NCBI GenBank assembly: GCA_963676565.1
Contig: OY781089.1
Span: 1,760,001-1,824,000 of the forward strand
Reading direction: 5' to 3'
Origin: Halarcobacter sp.
GTDB lineage: Bacteria; Campylobacterota; Campylobacteria; Campylobacterales; Arcobacteraceae
DNA: 64,000 nucleotides
Shown: in pieces, positions 59,244 to 64,000 of the stretch
How the letters are laid out: each line of letters starts with the position of its first letter
Numbering within the stretch: the first letter of the stretch is position 1
Program-made: the position numbers and the translations under genes
The notes under the pieces: model-generated
Database searches by the model: none
Seen by the model: the letters and a program-made list of their open reading frames with translations, nothing else
What the model was told of the DNA's origin: nothing

Positions 59244-60007
59244 TTTTAGAAGTATGTAACGTAACAAAAAAATTTGGTGGTGTTACAGCTATAAAAGATA
59301 CATCTTTTCATGTAAATGCCAAAGAAATTTATGGTTTAATTGGTCCAAATGGTGCTGGTAAAACTACAATGTTTAATATCATTACTGGAAATTATGAGCC
59401 AACTGATGGGCAAATAAAATTTCATGGACAAAGAATTGATGGAATTAAACCCCATAAAATTGTACATAGAGGAATAGCTAGAACATTTCAAAATATTAGA
59501 TTATTTACTTCAATGACTGTACTAGAGAATATTTTGATTGGCTTTGATTATCAAGCAGAGTACACTTACTTAGAAGCTATTTTAAGATTACCTAGGTTTT
59601 TTAAAGAGGAAAAAAGAGTTAAAAAAAGAGCTATAGAGATTATGGAAGTACTTGGAATTGCAGATTATGCCAATGAAATGGCAACTTCTCTTTCATATGG
59701 ACAGCAAAGAAAAGTAGAAATTGCAAGAGCATTAGCTGCTTCTCCTCAGCTTCTTTTATTAGATGAACCAGCTGCTGGTATGAACCCTCAAGAAACTGAT
59801 GAACTAGCAGAGCTTTTCTTTAAAATTAGGGATGAGTTTGATGTTACAATTTTATTAATTGAACATGATATGAAGTTTGTAAATAAACTATGTGATAGAG
59901 TTATGGTTTTAGATTATGGAAAAACAATCTTTGAGGGTGATATTAAAGATGCAATTAAAGATGAAGAAGTTATAAGAGCTTACCTTGGAGATTTTAAACA
60001 TGCTTAG
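59240..60007 (+). CDS. livG: BCAA ABC ATPase LivG
   Basis: GPNGAGKTT, ARTFQNIRLF, LSYGQQR, LDEPAAG, IEHDM. Confidence 0.95.
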   Translation: MILEVCNVTKKFGGVTAIKDTSFHVNAKEIYGLIGPNGAGKTTMFNIITGNYEPTDGQIKFHGQRIDGIKPHKIVHRGIARTFQNIRLFTSMTVLENILIGFDYQAEYTYLEAILRLPRFFKEEKRVKKRAIEIMEVLGIADYANEMATSLSYGQQRKVEIARALAASPQLLLLDEPAAGMNPQETDELAELFFKIRDEFDVTILLIEHDMKFVNKLCDRVMVLDYGKTIFEGDIKDAIKDEEVIRAYLGDFKHA

Positions 60008-60695
60008 TGTAAAGAATTTAGAAGTATTTTACGGTTTAATTAAAGCTGTAAAGGGAGTTGATTTTGAAGTAAAAGCTGGACAAATTGTTTCACTTATTGG
60101 AAGTAATGGTGCAGGAAAAACTTCTACACTTCAATCAATTGTAAATGATGTAAAGAAAACAGGTGAGATTATTTTTAATGATTTAGATATCTCAAATCAC
60201 AAAACCCATAAAATTATAAAAGAGGGTATATCTTTAGTTCCAGAAGGAAGAAGAGTTTTCCAAAACTTAACAATTGAAGAGAATCTTAGAATGGGTGCTT
60301 TTAATCAAGATGAACTTTATGAAGAGTATCAAGAAAGAATGTTTAAATTGTTTCCACGACTTATTGATAAAAAAGGTCAATTAGGTGGAACAATGAGTGG
60401 TGGGGAACAACAAATGCTTGCAATTGCAAGGGCTTTAATGTCTTCTCCAAAACTTTTGATGCTTGATGAACCTTCACTTGGACTTGCCCCTAAAATCGTA
60501 GGTGAATTATTTGAAACAATAGTTAAGTTAAAAGAGGATGGAATTACTATTTTATTAGTAGAACAAAACGCCTTTGCTGCTTTAGAAATTTCAAATTATG
60601 CCTATGTTTTAGAAAATGGGAAAGTGGCTTTAGAAGATGATGCCAAAAATTTAATTACTTCAGATGAAATAAGAAAAAAATATTTAGGTGGATAA
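60000..60695 (+). CDS. livF: BCAA ABC ATPase LivF
   Basis: GSNGAGKT, VPEGRRVF, MSGGEQQ, LDEPSLGLAP, VEQN; ATG at 60000. Confidence 0.95.
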   Translation: MLSVKNLEVFYGLIKAVKGVDFEVKAGQIVSLIGSNGAGKTSTLQSIVNDVKKTGEIIFNDLDISNHKTHKIIKEGISLVPEGRRVFQNLTIEENLRMGAFNQDELYEEYQERMFKLFPRLIDKKGQLGGTMSGGEQQMLAIARALMSSPKLLMLDEPSLGLAPKIVGELFETIVKLKEDGITILLVEQNAFAALEISNYAYVLENGKVALEDDAKNLITSDEIRKKYLGG

Positions 60696-60710
60696 TCCAT
60701 CTAAATATTT
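60678..60710 (+). terminator. Hairpin spanning the livF stop codon
   Basis: AAATATTTAGGTGGA-TAA-TCCATCTAAATATTT. Confidence 0.6.
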
Positions 60711-60772
60711 GCTATTTAACAAATATTAACCTTTTTAAAATATAATACGATTACAAACTTATTAGGAAAACT

Positions 60773-61174
60773 ATGCTTTTAATGAAATTAAAACCAAAAG
60801 AAAAATTTGCATTTTTACAACTTGCCCACTATTTAGCAAGAATTGATAATGATTATGGAGAAAAAGAAGAAGAGATAATCTTAGAATACTGTGCAGAAAT
60901 GGGAATTGAAAATGACAACGACTTTGAAATTGAGTATTTTTCTTTAGAAGATACATTAGAAACATTTAAATCTAAAAAAAGTAAAAAGATAGTTGTTATG
61001 GAATTAATGATTTTAATCCATGCAGATGATAGATTTGATATACAGGAAAAAGCTTTAATTTCGCAGATAAATGACACATTTCAATTATCAAGTGAAAATT
61101 TAGAATTTTGCTCATCATGGGGAAAAGGTGTTGCAGCCTTGTATGCTCAGGGCAAACTTTTTATTCATGGATAG
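60773..61174 (+). CDS. TerB-like domain protein
   Basis: Two A.(I/A)D.....E repeats (ARIDNDYGEKE, HADDRFDIQE). Confidence 0.6.
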   Translation: MLLMKLKPKEKFAFLQLAHYLARIDNDYGEKEEEIILEYCAEMGIENDNDFEIEYFSLEDTLETFKSKKSKKIVVMELMILIHADDRFDIQEKALISQINDTFQLSSENLEFCSSWGKGVAALYAQGKLFIHG

Positions 61175-61237
61175 TTAATTGTTTTAATTTTTATATTTAA
61201 ATAATTTTACTAGGATAAATTAGATAGAATACCTACT

Positions 61238-61441
61238 ATGGAAATCATCGAGAAATTAAATTTAAAAATTGATAAGCTAGTACATGAATATGAACTCTTA
61301 AAAAGAGAGAATAATATGTTGCGTCAAGATTTAGAAGATTTGAAAAATAAAAACGATGAATTGGAAAGAAATAATCAAGATATGCTTTTAAGAATTGATA
61401 GTACTTTAACCTTTGTAGAGGCTAAACACATTGCAAAATAA
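61238..61441 (+). CDS. ZapB-like coiled-coil protein
   Basis: 67-aa heptad pattern LNLKIDKLVHEYELLKRENNMLR. Confidence 0.6.
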   Translation: MEIIEKLNLKIDKLVHEYELLKRENNMLRQDLEDLKNKNDELERNNQDMLLRIDSTLTFVEAKHIAK

Positions 61442-61640
61442 ACTCACTTTTCATATTAATAATATGGCTTATACAATTGTTGTTGATGAAAAGATAGAAA
61501 AAGAGATAAGAAAATATCTTGAACCTGATAAAAACTCTGATACAAGAGAGCTATTAGCTGCATATATCAGACTTGCTCAAGAGTATACAATTTTCAAAGA
61601 AGAGTTAGAACAGATTTCAGAAAAAATACCAAAACTTTAA
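61431..61640 (+). CDS. ZapA-like small protein
   Basis: Beta hairpin (LTFHINNMAYTI) plus helices; directly follows the ZapB-like gene. Confidence 0.45.
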   Translation: MQNKLTFHINNMAYTIVVDEKIEKEIRKYLEPDKNSDTRELLAAYIRLAQEYTIFKEELEQISEKIPKL

Positions 61641-61642
61641 TT

Positions 61643-62074
61643 ATGAAAAAAGCTTTTTCTTTATTTGAGATAATTATTGTAATTTTGATTATCTCAATAG
61701 TCTCAACTTTTTTAATTATAAAAACATCATCAAGTATAGAGTTTACAAATAAAACATCTGTTAAAGGTGATATCTCTTTAATAAGAAGTTCTTTATCAAA
61801 AGAAAACTCAAAAAATATCCTTAGTGGTGATGATTATATTTCAAAGCTTGATGATGCAAATATAGATGAGGAAAAAAGTTTATTGTTTTCAAATATTTTA
61901 GATAAACCCTTAATCTCAACAAATAGTTTAAAAAAAGAGATTGGAAAGTGGATTAAAAGCTCCTCTACAAAATATAAGATTTACATTACAAATGAACAAT
62001 ACTTAGAATTTGAATTTATAAATAATAGTTTTAAATGTCTAAATAGTATTGAATTATGCAAGGATTTTGAGTGA
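61643..62074 (+). CDS. Prepilin-type (pseudopilin) protein
   Basis: MKKA-FSLFEIIIVILII type IV pilin-like N-terminus with Glu5. Confidence 0.82.
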   Translation: MKKAFSLFEIIIVILIISIVSTFLIIKTSSSIEFTNKTSVKGDISLIRSSLSKENSKNILSGDDYISKLDDANIDEEKSLLFSNILDKPLISTNSLKKEIGKWIKSSSTKYKIYITNEQYLEFEFINNSFKCLNSIELCKDFE

Positions 62075-63918
62075 ATTATTATGAAGTAAGTTTTTTAAAG
62101 TCACCCTTAAACCCTTTGACATATGAAAGTTTAGAAGAGATAAAAGTTGGTACAAAGGTTTTAGTTCCCCTTGGCAATAGAAAAAAACAAACTCCTGCAG
62201 TTGTAATAAAAAAAGTTGCTAAACCTGATTTTAAATGTGTAAAGATTTTAGAGGTTTTACCTTTTTATTATGATGAAAAGATGTTTGAAATTGCAAAATT
62301 TATATCTCAATATTATGTATGTTCATTTGGTGAAGCCTTAAGTGTTTATGTTCCCTTTGATGAAAATATAAAAGAGGAAGAAAACAAAATTGAATTTGAT
62401 TCTAAAATCTGCTTATCTAAAGAACAAGAAAAAGCATTTGCTTTTTGTCAAGAGAAAAAACAAGCTTTACTTTTTGCAAATACAGGAAGTGGAAAAACAG
62501 AAATCTATATTAAAACCATTGAAAAAGTTTTAAATGAAAATGGCAATGCAATTTTATTGATGCCTGAAATCTCTTTAAGTCCACAAATGCAAAAGCGTTT
62601 AGAAAAAGTATTTGGAGAAAGTGTTGCTATTTGGCATTCAAAAATCACAAAGAAGAAAAAAGAAAAAATTCTTGAAGGAATCTATAAAGGGGAAATAAAA
62701 TTAGTTGCAGGTGCTAGATCAGCTTTATTTTTACCCTTTAAAAACCTAAAACTGATAGTTGTAGATGAAGAGCACGATGAATCATATAAAAGTGATTCTA
62801 AACCAAGATATAATGCAAAAGATTTATCTTTGTATATTGCAAAAAAGTTTGATATCAATCTTATCTTAGGAAGTGCAACAGCATCTATCTCTTCTTTTCA
62901 TAAATTGCCTTTTTATAGATTAAAAGAAACTTTTTTTGAAACAAAAAAACAATTAACATTTGATGATTCCTCAACAGAATTATCAAATTTAATCTTAAAT
63001 AAAATTGCAAATGTTTTAGAAAATAAAAACCAAGTTATTGTATTTTTACCAACAAGGGCAAATTTTAAATATCAAATTTGCACTTCCTGCGGAAAATCAG
63101 TTGAATGTCCATATTGTTCAGTTTCAATGAGTTTACATAAAAATGATTTAGCCTTAAAATGTCATTATTGTGGATATGCTCAAAAAATTCCTGAACAATG
63201 CCCTTCTTGTAATAATGGGATAATTCATAATATAAGAGTTGGAACAGCAGAGGTTGAAGAGAGACTAAAAGAGTTTTTCCCTGAAAAAATCATAAAAAGA
63301 TTTGATAGAGATGAGATAAAAACAGATAGCAAATTAAGAAAAGTTTTAAATGATTTTAATGCAAATAAAATAGATATTTTAGTTGGTACACAAATGCTTT
63401 CAAAAGGGCATGATTATCATAATGTAAAACTTGCAGTTGTTTTAGGAATTGATTCAGTTTTAAATATGAGCTCATATAAAGCAAGGGAGAGAGCCTTATC
63501 TTTACTTATTCAAATATCAGGAAGAAGTGGTAGAAAAGGTGAGGGTGAAGTGATAATTCAAACACAAAATGAAGATTTATTAAGTTATTACTTACAAGAG
63601 TGTGATTATGAAGATTTCTTAAACCAAGAATTAGAATTTCGAGAAGGACTTTATCCACCTTTTATTAAAATGGCTAAGGTTATTTTTGCCCATGAAAATG
63701 GTTTAAAAGTAAAAGAGGAATTGGATAAATATGTAAAGATTTTAAAAGAGTATGAAGATATAGAAGTTGTTGGCTTTGGACAAAGTCCTATTTTTAAAAT
63801 GGCAAATAAATATCGATATGAAATTATACTTCGTTCACCAACGGCTAAGGCTCTTTTAGTTGCTCTTCACTCAATTAATTCAACTATGGCAACAATAGAT
63901 ATGGATAGCTCTTTTTAA
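62071..63918 (+). CDS. priA: Primosomal protein N'
   Basis: NTGSGKTE, PEISL, GARSALF, DEEHD, GSAT, four CxxC pairs, GTQMLSKGHD, QISGRSGR. Confidence 0.97.
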   Translation: MNYYEVSFLKSPLNPLTYESLEEIKVGTKVLVPLGNRKKQTPAVVIKKVAKPDFKCVKILEVLPFYYDEKMFEIAKFISQYYVCSFGEALSVYVPFDENIKEEENKIEFDSKICLSKEQEKAFAFCQEKKQALLFANTGSGKTEIYIKTIEKVLNENGNAILLMPEISLSPQMQKRLEKVFGESVAIWHSKITKKKKEKILEGIYKGEIKLVAGARSALFLPFKNLKLIVVDEEHDESYKSDSKPRYNAKDLSLYIAKKFDINLILGSATASISSFHKLPFYRLKETFFETKKQLTFDDSSTELSNLILNKIANVLENKNQVIVFLPTRANFKYQICTSCGKSVECPYCSVSMSLHKNDLALKCHYCGYAQKIPEQCPSCNNGIIHNIRVGTAEVEERLKEFFPEKIIKRFDRDEIKTDSKLRKVLNDFNANKIDILVGTQMLSKGHDYHNVKLAVVLGIDSVLNMSSYKARERALSLLIQISGRSGRKGEGEVIIQTQNEDLLSYYLQECDYEDFLNQELEFREGLYPPFIKMAKVIFAHENGLKVKEELDKYVKILKEYEDIEVVGFGQSPIFKMANKYRYEIILRSPTAKALLVALHSINSTMATIDMDSSF

Positions 63919-63987
63919 GTTTATTAACTTAGCTTTTGGTGAAATTTAAGTATAATCCACAAAAAATTTTTAAAAGGATAACTAGGA

Positions 63988-64000
63988 ATGGCATTTACAA
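63988..64000 (+). CDS. Probable start of the next gene, truncated by the window edge
   Basis: TATAAT at 63951, AAGGA RBS, ATG GCA TTT ACA. Confidence 0.45.

Noticed and set aside
1127..61077. Many short ORFs in the track that are antisense to or nested in long genes (e.g. 1127-1447, 9027-9347, 26691-27062, 37636-38082, 51120-51575)
   Set aside because: They lie wholly within well-supported genes and show no motifs or RBS; they are shadow ORFs.
61620..61660. 6S RNA, often found downstream of zapA
   Set aside because: Only 2 nt separate the zapA-like gene from the pseudopilin gene; no room.
1..64000. rRNA, tRNA, CRISPR arrays, poly-G phase-variable tracts
   Set aside because: None recognised by eye; small structured RNAs cannot be excluded without a covariance-model search.

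Overview
Very AT-rich chromosomal window whose gene content points to a Campylobacterota bacterium, most likely Arcobacteraceae (inference). The first 29 kb is mostly housekeeping: c-di-GMP enzymes, pxpABC, dedA-dbpA-ppiC, PIN-PhoH, mltB, an mlaA-mlaC-RND operon, yebC and acnB. A ~23 kb hydrogen-metabolism cluster follows (29.2-52.1 kb). It holds a TetR regulator coupled to a cytoplasmic group-2d-type [NiFe]-hydrogenase whose two subunit genes are split by an antisense LapG-like protease, two complete tandem group-1b membrane-bound hydrogenase sets (hydABCDE x2), and hypF/hypBCDEA. The window ends with a Cache-GGDEF gene, livKHMGF, zapB/zapA-like genes, a pseudopilin and priA. Most notable observations: (1) a palindrome ATGAAT(A/G)TTCAT upstream of tetR and of both uptake-hydrogenase operons, suggesting a TetR plus cytoplasmic-hydrogenase regulatory circuit; (2) an intact but apparently catalytically dead IS1595-derived gene divergent from hypB; (3) a HEPN-nuclease gene bracketed by a recoded duplicate of the hypA 3' end and arm-like repeats, consistent with a remnant integrative element; (4) a Cys-to-Asn change in the proximal Fe-S motif of the first uptake hydrogenase; (5) a 39-aa Cys-rich membrane peptide with a Fur-like box that the ORF track missed. 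No rRNA, tRNA or CRISPR array was recognised. All family assignments come from motif recognition by eye, not database searches.
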